A DNA stretch of 64,000 nucleotides from Chloroflexota bacterium (GTDB taxonomy: Bacteria; Chloroflexota; UBA6077; SHYK01): NCBI GenBank assembly GCA_009377635.1, contig WHTR01000001.1:41257-105256 (forward strand), given 5' to 3'. The translations under genes and the position numbers were made by a program. Under the pieces are notes generated by a model that was not told the origin of the DNA, did no database searches, and was given only the letters and a program-made list of their open reading frames with translations. Positions within the stretch are counted from its first letter, which is position 1. Each line of letters opens with the position of its first letter. Of the stretch, positions 19,364 to 29,032 are shown one piece after another.

Positions 19364-20890
19364 ATGTCCTGCCGCTTGGAGCACATTACATTGACGGATC
19401 GCATCGACCTGGGCTGCGCGGGCGTGCTGTTCGCCGGCCAATACGGGCTGGTCACCGACTTGGCCCGCCGGTGGGACGTCTCGCGCCAGTTCATCTACGA
19501 CCTGCGTGACCGCACCCGCACCGCGCTGGAGCACGCGCTGGCCCCCGGGCAGCCCGGCCGGTCCGCCGTGGACGGGCATCTGGTGGTGGACCAACTCGCC
19601 GTCGAGCGGGCCACGCTGGTGCTCAACCAGGTGGCCCACGCCTCGGTGCGGGCGATTCAGGAATGCCTGGGCGCGATCCTGAAGGTCCCGCGCAGCGTCG
19701 GGGCGATCCACGCCGTGTTGGCCGAGGCGCACCGCCGCGCGCTTGGGCTGCTCCCGCCCGCCCCCCGTGCGCTCGTCGCGGTCGACGCCGACGAGATCTT
19801 CGCCGCCGACCGACCGGTGCTGGAGGTGGTCGAGCGCTCCAGTGGGCGCATCCTGGCCCTGGAGCCGGCGGAGCAGCGCGATGAGACGACCTGGGGCTGC
19901 ACCTTTCTCGACCTGGCCGAACGCGGAGTGACGCTCGCTTCTGTGGCGGCTGACGGAGGGACCGGCCTGCGGGCCGGCGCCCGCGCCGCCGGGCTGGCCG
20001 AGCCGCGGCTGGATCACTGGCACACCCTGCGCGACCTGGGCCGGAGCCACCGCGCCCTGGAGGCCGAGGCCTACCGGCGGCTGGAGGCCGCTGACCGCAG
20101 TGAGCGCGCGGCCGTAGCCGAAACCTACCGCACTGCCCACGGGCATCGCCCCCGGCGGGGCCGACCGCTGCAGGCGGCGACGGACCCCGATGCGCTGCGC
20201 ACGGCCCGCCAGGCGGCGGAGGAGGCCATCCGCCGGGCGGATGGCACCGCCTATCTCCTGGCGGCGGTGCGGGAGGCTCTGCGCCCGGTCGACCCGAGCA
20301 CGGGAGAGGTGTACGAGTCGGGGGGAACGACGGCCACCTTGCACGCCGCCGCGGCGCTGCTGCGGGAGATGGGCGGGCGCGCCATGGCGGCCGCGCGCCT
20401 GCTGGAGGAACGCGCCGTTGGGTTGGTGGCCTATCTGGGTGACCTGGCAGAGGCCGTGGCCCCCGCCTGCGCAGCGCTCGGGAAGGAGATCGTGCACTTC
20501 CTGGCCTGGGCCTGGCGGCATCGCCACGCCTTGGACCTCAGTGAGGCTGCCGACGCCTGGCCAGACGCTCCCGGGTGGGCCCGCCAGGTATGGGTCGCGC
20601 TCGACCAGGCTGCCCGGGGAACCGGCATGGCCGAGAACCTGAACAGCGTCCTTGCGCCGCACCGGGCGGCGCACCGAGGGCTGCCTGCGCCGGTGCTCTC
20701 GGTCTTCCAGGTCTATCGCAACCACCGCGTGTTCCCGCGGGGCAAGCGCGCCGAGCAGCGCCCCAATCACCTCGCCGGGTTGCCCGCCGCCGATTGGCTG
20801 GACGTCTTGGGATACGGCCGCCGGCCGAGGACCCAGACGCCCAAATTTCCGACCAGCACCGCCCAAACTGTCAACACATTTGCTGCCTGA
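19364..20890 (+). CDS. DDE transposase, ISL3/ISAzo13-like
   Basis: VAVDADEIF…LDHWH…GMAENLNSVL…R pattern resembles the ISL3 DDE and C-terminal N-x-E-G-x-N motifs. The 664-aa antisense ORF is low-complexity. Confidence 0.5.
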   Translation: MSCRLEHITLTDRIDLGCAGVLFAGQYGLVTDLARRWDVSRQFIYDLRDRTRTALEHALAPGQPGRSAVDGHLVVDQLAVERATLVLNQVAHASVRAIQECLGAILKVPRSVGAIHAVLAEAHRRALGLLPPAPRALVAVDADEIFAADRPVLEVVERSSGRILALEPAEQRDETTWGCTFLDLAERGVTLASVAADGGTGLRAGARAAGLAEPRLDHWHTLRDLGRSHRALEAEAYRRLEAADRSERAAVAETYRTAHGHRPRRGRPLQAATDPDALRTARQAAEEAIRRADGTAYLLAAVREALRPVDPSTGEVYESGGTTATLHAAAALLREMGGRAMAAARLLEERAVGLVAYLGDLAEAVAPACAALGKEIVHFLAWAWRHRHALDLSEAADAWPDAPGWARQVWVALDQAARGTGMAENLNSVLAPHRAAHRGLPAPVLSVFQVYRNHRVFPRGKRAEQRPNHLAGLPAADWLDVLGYGRRPRTQTPKFPTSTAQTVNTFAA

Positions 20891-20993
20891 AATGAACCAT
20901 GCCGGATCAACTGATGAAAAGGCCCTGCTCCAGTGCTTCGCCCCTTGACGGGGGTGGCGTGAACCGCTACATAGAGAAGGACGATTGCCGGGG

Positions 20994-22730
20994 ATGTTGG
21001 AAGTGCTCGTGAGACGCACGCGCGGGGTCACGCTCACCGTTCTCGCCGGCGTAGCGCTGATGGCGTGCGCGCCGGGCGGTGCCCAGCAGAGCCCCGCGGC
21101 CGAGCGGTCGGGGCCGGAGGCTCGGCAGCCTCGCACGCTGAACTCGGTCATGCGCGTCGAGCCCGCCAGCCTTGCCGCCAAGCCCCTCGAGTCCACCGGT
21201 ATCAGCGTGGCGCATGCCGTCCGGTTGTTCAACGCGCAATTGGACTTGAAAGACAGCCGCGAGGTGACTCGGCCCTACCTGGCAGAAGCCATTCCCGAGC
21301 TCAACTCCGAAAGCTGGAGGGTCTTCCCCGACGGACGGATGGAGACCACGTATCGGCTCCGGCCTAACCTCACGTGGCACGACGGCACGCCGCACTCCGC
21401 AGAAGACTTCGCCTTTGCGTACCGGGTCTACTCGACCCCGGAACTCGGCCGGGCGGCGTCGCCGCCCATCAATCAGATGGAAGAGATGCTAGCCCCCGAC
21501 GAGCGGACCGTGGTGAATCGCTGGAGCCGCCCCTATCCGGACGCTGCTGAGCTCGGGCTGGACTTCCAGGCGCTGCCGCGTCACATCCTGCAGGAGGCGT
21601 ACGAGACCCAGGAACCACAGTCCTTCTTGGAGAATTCATTCTGGACCGTGGACTACGTTGGCCTGGGACCGTTCCGTCTCGAGCGGTGGGAACCTGGAGC
21701 TGCCATCGAGGCGGTGGCCTTCGACGGGCATGCGCTGGGCCGTCCCAAGATCGACCGCGTCGTCGTCCGGTTCATGACCGACGAGAACACGGTCCTTACC
21801 AACCTCCTGGCCGGCGACATCGACTTCGCCTCCGATCGGACCGTGCGATGGGAGCAGGCGCAGGTCCTGAGGAACGAGTGGGGCGCCAGCGGTGGTGGAA
21901 CCGTGATCCTGACACCGATCCAGCCTCGGTTCACCGTCATTCAACTCCGCCCGGAGAATGCGAGCCCAGCGGCCATCCTCGACCTGCGCGTGCGCCGGGC
22001 ATTCGCCCACGCCATCGACCGGCAGGCCTTCAACGACGGGCTCTTCGACGGCGCGGGGGTGGCCGCCGAGACGCACATTACGCAGAAGGCGCCGTACTTC
22101 CTGGAGGTCGATCGAGCCATCGTCAAGTACCCGTACGACCCTCGGCGGAGCGAGCAGCTCATGAACGAGGCCGGGTTCACGCGGGATCGCGACGGTTTCT
22201 ACGCAAGCGCCGTGGGCGAGCGCTTCACGGCCGGGTTCCTGCAGGAGGCCGGCACGCAGACCGAGCGAGAGATGGCGATCCAGGTCGAGCGGTGGCGTGC
22301 GGCCGGGTTCGACGTCCAGGTGTCGGTGCTGCCCTCGACGCAGCTCCGGGATGGCCAGGCGCGCTCCACGTTCCCGACCTTCTATAACACGGCCACGAGC
22401 CCGGCCGTCCGGGGCGGCGAGCGGAACCTCGGCAACTTCACGACGGACTCCAGCGGGACGCCGACCAACCGTTGGCGCGGCAGCAACTACGGGGGCTGGT
22501 CGAACTCCGAGTACGATGACCTCTGGGACCAGTTCAACACGACGCTCGAACGGTCGGAGCGGAACCAGCAGGTCGTGGAGATGGCGCGGCTCATCAGCGA
22601 AGACCTGCCGCTGTACAGCCTGTACTGGAACTTCAACGTCTCGGTCCACCGCGCGGACGTGGGCGGCCCGGACCCGGAGGCGGTCGATACCCTCGTCAAC
22701 GCGAACATCCATGAGTGGGAGTGGCGCTGA
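20994..22730 (+). CDS. ABC transporter substrate-binding lipoprotein, family 5; orphan
   Basis: MLEVLVRR…LAGVALMAC lipoprotein signal. Paralog of 27211..28932 (same motif blocks). Confidence 0.8.
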   Translation: MLEVLVRRTRGVTLTVLAGVALMACAPGGAQQSPAAERSGPEARQPRTLNSVMRVEPASLAAKPLESTGISVAHAVRLFNAQLDLKDSREVTRPYLAEAIPELNSESWRVFPDGRMETTYRLRPNLTWHDGTPHSAEDFAFAYRVYSTPELGRAASPPINQMEEMLAPDERTVVNRWSRPYPDAAELGLDFQALPRHILQEAYETQEPQSFLENSFWTVDYVGLGPFRLERWEPGAAIEAVAFDGHALGRPKIDRVVVRFMTDENTVLTNLLAGDIDFASDRTVRWEQAQVLRNEWGASGGGTVILTPIQPRFTVIQLRPENASPAAILDLRVRRAFAHAIDRQAFNDGLFDGAGVAAETHITQKAPYFLEVDRAIVKYPYDPRRSEQLMNEAGFTRDRDGFYASAVGERFTAGFLQEAGTQTEREMAIQVERWRAAGFDVQVSVLPSTQLRDGQARSTFPTFYNTATSPAVRGGERNLGNFTTDSSGTPTNRWRGSNYGGWSNSEYDDLWDQFNTTLERSERNQQVVEMARLISEDLPLYSLYWNFNVSVHRADVGGPDPEAVDTLVNANIHEWEWR

Positions 22731-22794
22731 ATCGGGTCATCGGGGAGATGCACCGATCCAGAGCAGGGCGGTCGGCGGTCGCGCCTCGACATCG

Positions 22795-23151
22795 TCAGGG
22801 GGGCAGCTCGCCGGAGTGCAGCAGATCGTAGACGGCCTGCCATGCCGGCACGTGGGTCTCCACGTCCTCTGCCGACGTGACCACGGTCTTGCTGGCCTTG
22901 CGGACCGTCTGCTGGTCCAGCTCCTCGGGCGTATTCGAGATCACCGTGCAGCCCGGCCCTCCGGTGTGGCCGTTGATCACCGGGTCGCGGGTGGACGTTG
23001 CCATGACGGCCACGTCCGTTCCCTCCACGGCTTCGTCGTTGGACGCGCAGTTCACGGTCTCCGCACCCAGCCGTTGACCGATGAAGGCGCAGAACTCCGA
23101 CGCGAGCGGCTGCTGGAGCAGACGCGCGATTGGGGGGACCCGTTCCAGCAC
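22795..23151 (-). pseudogene. ornithine cyclodeaminase/mu-crystallin family, C-terminal remnant
   Basis: NCASNDEAVEGTDVAVMATSTRDPVINGHTGGPGCTVIS resembles the OCD ADIVvTAT..PV..G.WL.PG.HI block. No room for the N-terminal Rossmann part before the next gene. Confidence 0.4.
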
Positions 23152-23294
23152 GGGATCACGGCGAACAAGGCGATCATCGATACGTCCTCGCGTACAACAC
23201 CGAGATGGGCATCGTGAGGCAGTCCTACAACTACGAGCAGGCCTTTGTGTCCGGCGCGCTCGATGCGTGACGAGCCGGCCACAGTGTTAATCGC

Positions 23295-24197
23295 TCAGTG
23301 GCGCAGTGCCTCCTCGAGGAAGCTTGCCTCCAGGAACTCGGTCACCGGCACCGGAGGCAGCCCGCGCTGCTCGCAGATCTTCTGTATTGCTTTATCGAGC
23401 ACCGCCGGGTCCACCTCAAGGCGCCAATACGGGGCGACCTCATCGTATGCCCCCTTGGCGATCTCGGGGGTCGTGACACCCCACTCTCGGCAGTACTTCA
23501 GCATGATGTCTATCGTACCGGCGACGTTCTCCATGCAGTACCGCATGCCCCGCACATAGGCATCGACGAACGCACGGACCAGAGCGGGGTCGCGCCGAAT
23601 CGTGTCTGGCGACGCGTACAGGCCGGCTCCAGAGGGGCTCGGGCTGTAGTTGGACTCATGGCCCAGATTTCGGTAACCGGCCCGCGCCGCGATCTGGGAC
23701 CATGGGGCGCCTAAGGTCGCCGCGTCGCCGATCCCCTCCTCGAGCATGTCCCACTGCTCCTTGTGCGACCCCTCCACGCCCTGCGTTTGGATCTCCTCGC
23801 GTTCCAGATCAAGACCGTGGATGGCGAGGATGTTGCGCAGCTCCGTAACGAAACGCTGCGCGTTGGGCCCACTTCCACCGGGGATGAGGATGTGTTCCAG
23901 CTCGTGCGCGGACGCAATCCGGGGCCGAGCCATCAGCACGTGCGACGACTCGCGGCTCGAGATGCTGGCAAGCTGCCGGACCGGCATGCCATCGAGAAAC
24001 TGCCTGTATGCAGCCATGCCGGTGGCAAAGTCGACCTCGCCTTGGACCATCTCATTGAGGCCGGCCTGGTAACGAATCACGCCCTCGAGGCCACGCTCAG
24101 CCAGGAAGCCGCGCTCGACCGCCGCGAAGATTGGCGTGAAGAACGGGGCGGGGCGGGGGGCCGAAATCACTACTCGTGTCGCCATCCTCTCCTCCAT
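23295..24197 (-). CDS. NMT1/THI5/SsuA-fold protein without signal peptide
   Basis: 300 aa; paralog of 131..1093. The start may instead be MATRVVIS at 24185, where GGAGGAGAGG directly precedes it. Confidence 0.5.
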   Translation of the reverse strand: MEERMATRVVISAPRPAPFFTPIFAAVERGFLAERGLEGVIRYQAGLNEMVQGEVDFATGMAAYRQFLDGMPVRQLASISSRESSHVLMARPRIASAHELEHILIPGGSGPNAQRFVTELRNILAIHGLDLEREEIQTQGVEGSHKEQWDMLEEGIGDAATLGAPWSQIAARAGYRNLGHESNYSPSPSGAGLYASPDTIRRDPALVRAFVDAYVRGMRYCMENVAGTIDIMLKYCREWGVTTPEIAKGAYDEVAPYWRLEVDPAVLDKAIQKICEQRGLPPVPVTEFLEASFLEEALRH

Positions 24198-24349
24198 ACT
24201 CGGCGGGTGACCCGCTCGCTACACAGGGACGCACACTGGCTTGGACGATAGGGCGATGCGTGCATGGTGTCCAACGAAACGCCCGTCGTCGAAGGACGGG
24301 CGGTCACGACGTCGGCCGTCGTGCGCCCGCTCTGGTTATCGCGCCCCCG

Positions 24350-26050
24350 TTAGCGCATCGCCCATTCATGGACGTTCCAGCCAGTATTCGTTGCGCTAAT
24401 GCCCTCGATGCGACTGTTCACGACGACGACCGTCGCATTGTAGAGCATGCTCATCGCCACGACCCGCTCGGTAATGTGATGGATCGCCTGGGAGGCGACC
24501 TGCATGCGCTCGCCGAACGGGACGGTAACGAAGTATCTCTCGATGAGCGTGTCCAGCTCCGGGTTCACGTATCGCATGCGGTTGTTGCCCCGATAGTTGT
24601 TCTCGGGAAGCGACGACTCCTTGCCGTGGAATCGCTGGAGCAAGGTCAGGTTGCTTGGCTGATTCACGAGGTCGAAGCCCGGGAAGTTCGCGCGCCACTC
24701 GCGATCGGTGGCCTGCTGGGGAGGTATGACAAAGGCATCTGTCTCGATGCCGGCGCGTTGCCAGGCATCTGCAATGGCGAGGAGCAGGTTCTTGCCCAGC
24801 TCGACGCCAGCGGTCGTGCGCATCTCGACGGAGAGGCGCTGGGTGTTGGGATCGAGATAGAAACCGTCCGCCCCGCGCGCGTAACCCATCTCTTCGAGCA
24901 TCTGAGCCGTCCGCCGAGGGTCATATGCATGCCGAACGACACTGGCCTCGATGTCTTTGAACTCAGGCTGGTTTGGACCGACGAAGACGTGTGCGGGCGG
25001 CACCAACCCCCGCTGGAGGCTCGCTGCCAGCTCCTCGCGATCCACGGCGTGGAGGAGCGCGCGACGGAACTGGAGTTCGGCGATCGCCGGGGGGTTCGGG
25101 TTCAGGTACTGGGGAAAGGCGCAGAGGCAGCCAGCCACGGCGAGCTCGATCCGCACGTCGCGCCGCTGCGTCTGGATGGTCTCGGCCTGCTCGAGGGCGA
25201 GACCTCGGCCCATCGTCACATCGACAGCGCCGGCGAGGATGTTGGCGATCATGGTGTTCGGGTCCAGGATGAACTTTACCTCGATCTCGTCGACGACCGG
25301 TCGACCCAATACATACTGGTCGTTCGCGGCTATGACCATATGACTCCCCGCTACCCATTCCCGCAGGCGGTATGGGCCCATACCCACGAAGTCCTGGCTC
25401 CAGTAGGAGACCTCCACGAAGCCGGCCTTGTTGTCCGTGTATGCCTTTTCGAGGAGGTGTTTCGGCAGCGGCAGCGCCCGCTCGTGGCTGAACATGGTAT
25501 CGGCCTCGATGTACGGCTGCGTCCATCGCACCGTCACGGTGTAGGGGGATACCGGCTCCACGCTCTCGAGGAACTGATAGGCGCGGTCCCCGAAGTGCGG
25601 GAGCTCCGGGTCCTGACCGACCATTGCTGTGAAGACGAGGTCCTCGGCGGTGAACGGCGCGCCGTCGTGCCAGAGGGCGCCCGGCCGGATCCTCCACGTC
25701 ATCTCCATGTGCCCGTCCGGGAATATCTGCCACATCTCGTTCTCCACGGTCGGGACGGATTCGGCCAGCGCGGGTCGGAGCGCCCCCGTATCGTCTTGGA
25801 CCGTGAGACCGGCATGGATCAACCGCTCCACCTCCGTTACCCCTGGCACCCCACCAGCGCCCGCACTGTTGATGCTGTCGCTGAGCGTGGGCGGATCACC
25901 CTTGATGGCGATAGCGAAGCGCGTCGGCGCTGCCTGCCGGTCGGCAGGCTCGGCGCCGCCTGGAACGGTGCCCGGCCCCGGCGCGGCACACGCCGCCAGA
26001 ACGACGGAGGCAACCAGAAACGCGACTTTCGCTCGAATCCCCACCGTCAT
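24350..26050 (-). CDS. ABC transporter substrate-binding lipoprotein, family 5; orphan
   Basis: GGGAGGG RBS; lipobox LAAC; 566 aa. Confidence 0.8.
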   Translation of the reverse strand: MTVGIRAKVAFLVASVVLAACAAPGPGTVPGGAEPADRQAAPTRFAIAIKGDPPTLSDSINSAGAGGVPGVTEVERLIHAGLTVQDDTGALRPALAESVPTVENEMWQIFPDGHMEMTWRIRPGALWHDGAPFTAEDLVFTAMVGQDPELPHFGDRAYQFLESVEPVSPYTVTVRWTQPYIEADTMFSHERALPLPKHLLEKAYTDNKAGFVEVSYWSQDFVGMGPYRLREWVAGSHMVIAANDQYVLGRPVVDEIEVKFILDPNTMIANILAGAVDVTMGRGLALEQAETIQTQRRDVRIELAVAGCLCAFPQYLNPNPPAIAELQFRRALLHAVDREELAASLQRGLVPPAHVFVGPNQPEFKDIEASVVRHAYDPRRTAQMLEEMGYARGADGFYLDPNTQRLSVEMRTTAGVELGKNLLLAIADAWQRAGIETDAFVIPPQQATDREWRANFPGFDLVNQPSNLTLLQRFHGKESSLPENNYRGNNRMRYVNPELDTLIERYFVTVPFGERMQVASQAIHHITERVVAMSMLYNATVVVVNSRIEGISATNTGWNVHEWAMR

Positions 26051-26175
26051 GGTCCCTCCCGTTGATCACCCGGTTGTACGCTCACCTGTCTCAAGCAGGC
26101 TGGAACCGCGAGCCCAGAGTGCCGTGGCAATGCGCTCTTGCGGCGAGGGTGTTCGCCCACTCAACGTGAACACCG

Positions 26176-27138
26176 TTACCTCGCCGTTCCCTCGGACGCC
26201 AGCTCGTCGATAAACCCGGCGTTATCCAGCTCCCGCAGGTCGTGCAGGTCCCACAGCGCCAGCGCACTGACCGCTCGTGCCTCCGGGTACTGCATGCAGC
26301 AAAGCTCATAGGCGTTCGCCACGGCCAGCGGATCCGGGTACGGCTTCAGAGGCAACCGCGCCAAGCCCGCAGCACGCCCGCCCCGGCCACCCTCGGAGAA
26401 CGCCGCACTCGGCTGGCCGAGCAGCGCCTGCGCCTCCTCCTGGTGCGTCCGAGCAAAGTGAATCGTCAGGACCATCGCCTTCACCAACCGCTCCCCCAGC
26501 CGATCCTTGGCATGGAGCGCGGTGAGCGATGTGGTGATCGTCGGACCGGTGATCATCGGGAGCGGGTCGAGCCGCAGGACGGAGAACCCCGCCTGCTCGT
26601 AGTCCTCGACACCACCCGACACGAACGTCGCGTCGCAGGTGCCGCCCGTCATCGCCTCCCACTGCGCCTTACGAAACGCCTCCCCCATGTAGTCAGCGAC
26701 CACGACCCACTCCACCTCGTCGAGCCCCACCCCGGCCTGCTTGACGTACAGCATGTGGTTGCCCCGGATGTGGTGGTAGCCCCCGATCGGATCCTCGATG
26801 GCCGTGTCGGCGATGCGCTTGCCTCGCAGGTCACCGAGCGTGCGGATCGGCTCGCGCGAGATCACCGCGTCGCGCACGCGATTCCCCGGCGAGGCCAGGC
26901 ACACGATTGGCTTGCCCTGCGCCACCTTGGCGTATGGGCTGATGTGGTTACCCGCCACGACGTCGACCCGTCCGTCAAAGAGCGCCGCCTCGGCCTTCGA
27001 CGAGCTCTCGCAGAAGGCCAGGCTCGCCAGCCGCATGTGGAGCTGGCCGAGGACACCGGCCTTGTCCGCCAGCTCCCAGATCGTCGAATGGCCCGCCCTG
27101 AACTCCACGTGCAGCTCGACGGGGCTGTAGTCCGCCAC
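26176..27138 (-). CDS. NMT1/THI5/SsuA-fold protein without signal peptide
   Basis: GTG start at 27138 (VADYSPVELHV) is preceded by GAGGAGG. The track start at 27174 is a TTG. Confidence 0.5.
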   Translation of the reverse strand: MADYSPVELHVEFRAGHSTIWELADKAGVLGQLHMRLASLAFCESSSKAEAALFDGRVDVVAGNHISPYAKVAQGKPIVCLASPGNRVRDAVISREPIRTLGDLRGKRIADTAIEDPIGGYHHIRGNHMLYVKQAGVGLDEVEWVVVADYMGEAFRKAQWEAMTGGTCDATFVSGGVEDYEQAGFSVLRLDPLPMITGPTITTSLTALHAKDRLGERLVKAMVLTIHFARTHQEEAQALLGQPSAAFSEGGRGGRAAGLARLPLKPYPDPLAVANAYELCCMQYPEARAVSALALWDLHDLRELDNAGFIDELASEGTAR

Positions 27139-27210
27139 GGCTCGCCTCCTCGTTTCGCAACAGTCGCCAATCAAGCGCCTCGGGTAGCACGGTGCTGCCC
27201 CACGCTCGTC

Positions 27211-28932
27211 TCATTCGAGCTCCCACTCGTGGATGTTGAAGGTGATGAGCGTGTCGTTCAGCGTCCCGGGATCCGGCCCGCGGAGAACGTTCAGGTAGGC
27301 GGTCGCAGCGAAGTTGAAGAACAGCGGGATCACCGGCAGCTCTTCGCTGATCAGGGCCTCCATCCGGACGACCTGGGTGTTCCGCTCGGCGCGGTCAAGG
27401 GTGACGGTGAAGGTCTCCCATAGCCGATCGTACTCCGGGTGCGACCAGCCACCCCGGTTGCCACCCTGCCACCGGTTCTGCGCCGTGCCGATGTCCGCCG
27501 TGCGGAGGAACTGCATGCGGTCCTCCCAGACCCCCTGCCCAGTCGCATTCTGCACGCCAGGGAACGTGGCGCGCTCCTCTGCGTCGCGGGACCGAGCGAC
27601 CGGAACGATGTAGGCTTCGGCATCGACCCCTGCTCGCCGCCAGGTGTCTACCATGATCGCCGTCTCCCGCTCTGGCTGGGCTCCGGCCTGGTTCATGAGC
27701 TGCAGGCCGAAGCGCTCGCCGGCCGCGTTGACAAGCATCCCGTCGGCACCTTTCACGGAGCCGGCCTCGTTCAGAAGCTGCTCGCTGCGGAGCGGATCGT
27801 AGTTGTACGTGGTGACGGCGCGCTCGATGTCACTGAAGTAAGGGACGCTGTGGCGGATCAGGTTCGCGGTCATGACCCCCGCGCCGTCGAACAGGCCGTC
27901 GTTGAGTGCCTGCTTGTCGATGGCGAGGGCAAGGGCCCGCCGGACGCGGACGTCGAGCAGCGCGCGGGGGCTGGCGTACTCGGGTCTCATCTGGACATGC
28001 GTGTACCGCCCCTGCGTGGGTGTCAGCACGACCGTCCCCGTCCCGCTCGCGGCCCATTCAGCCCTCAGCGGGCTCGCCTGCTCGAAGCGGATCGCGCGGT
28101 CCGCCACGATGTGCACGTTCTCAGAGAGCAGATTCGCATGGGCCGTGTTCTCATCAGCGACGAAGCGGATATGCAGCCGGTCGATCTTCGGCCGGCCCAG
28201 GACGTGGCCGTCGAACGCAACCCCCTCGAGATGGGCGCCCGGCTCCCAGCGATCGAGCCGGAAGGGTCCCAGGCCAACGTACTCGGTGGTCCAGAAGGGA
28301 TGGTTGATGAATGCGTCCGGCTCGCCCTCCTGGAATGGCTGCTCAAGAAGATGCCGGGGCAACGCCTGGAACCCGTCCGCCAGCGACTCGGCAAAGGGGT
28401 ACGGCTGCCGCCATCGGATCACGAGCGTGCGGGCGCTCGGCGCCGCCACTTCCTCCATCAGTCCTTGCGGCGCGCGATCGGCGATCCCGAGCTCGCGCGC
28501 CGCGTAGACACGCCACGCGAAGACGAAGTCCTCGGCATGCAGTGGCACGCCGTCATGCCACGTAACGTCGGGCTTGAGGCGATACGTCGTCTCCATGCGC
28601 CCGTCCGGCAGCAGGCGCCAGCTGTCCGTGTTGAGCTGCGGCAGCACCTCCGCCAGGTACGGACGCGGCTGCTCGCGGGTGTCCTCGATGTCGAGGGTGG
28701 CGTTGAAGGACCGGGTCGCGTTCTGGATGCTGATGCCGCCGGCAACCAGCGCCTTCGCCGCCAGCGTGTTCGGCTCGGCTCGGATCAGCATGTTGAGCGT
28801 CCCGCCCCGGCGGGGCGTCGACACCTGGTCGCCGCTCACGCTCGGCGCTCCCGAGGACGGCCCCACACCGGCGCACGCGGACAACATGACGATCGACACA
28901 CCCAGGAGGATCGGCTTCCATTGTGCCGACAT
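27211..28932 (-). CDS. ABC transporter substrate-binding lipoprotein, family 5; orphan
   Basis: Start MSAQWKPILLGVSIVMLSAC at 28932 is preceded by GGAGAGAGG. 573 aa. Confidence 0.8.
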   Translation of the reverse strand: MSAQWKPILLGVSIVMLSACAGVGPSSGAPSVSGDQVSTPRRGGTLNMLIRAEPNTLAAKALVAGGISIQNATRSFNATLDIEDTREQPRPYLAEVLPQLNTDSWRLLPDGRMETTYRLKPDVTWHDGVPLHAEDFVFAWRVYAARELGIADRAPQGLMEEVAAPSARTLVIRWRQPYPFAESLADGFQALPRHLLEQPFQEGEPDAFINHPFWTTEYVGLGPFRLDRWEPGAHLEGVAFDGHVLGRPKIDRLHIRFVADENTAHANLLSENVHIVADRAIRFEQASPLRAEWAASGTGTVVLTPTQGRYTHVQMRPEYASPRALLDVRVRRALALAIDKQALNDGLFDGAGVMTANLIRHSVPYFSDIERAVTTYNYDPLRSEQLLNEAGSVKGADGMLVNAAGERFGLQLMNQAGAQPERETAIMVDTWRRAGVDAEAYIVPVARSRDAEERATFPGVQNATGQGVWEDRMQFLRTADIGTAQNRWQGGNRGGWSHPEYDRLWETFTVTLDRAERNTQVVRMEALISEELPVIPLFFNFAATAYLNVLRGPDPGTLNDTLITFNIHEWELE

Positions 28933-29032
28933 GGCGTCCTCTCTCCCCTGCTCGTTCGCGGACACATCGAGCGAATCCAAACCGCGTTCGTGCCGCTCAA
29001 GCACCGGTGGTGATCGGCAGGGCTACCGTCTC

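Noticed and set aside
19238-21232. 664-aa minus-strand ORF
   Set aside because: It is antisense to the ISL3-like transposase, whose composition and motifs are far more protein-like. The minus ORF is low-complexity.
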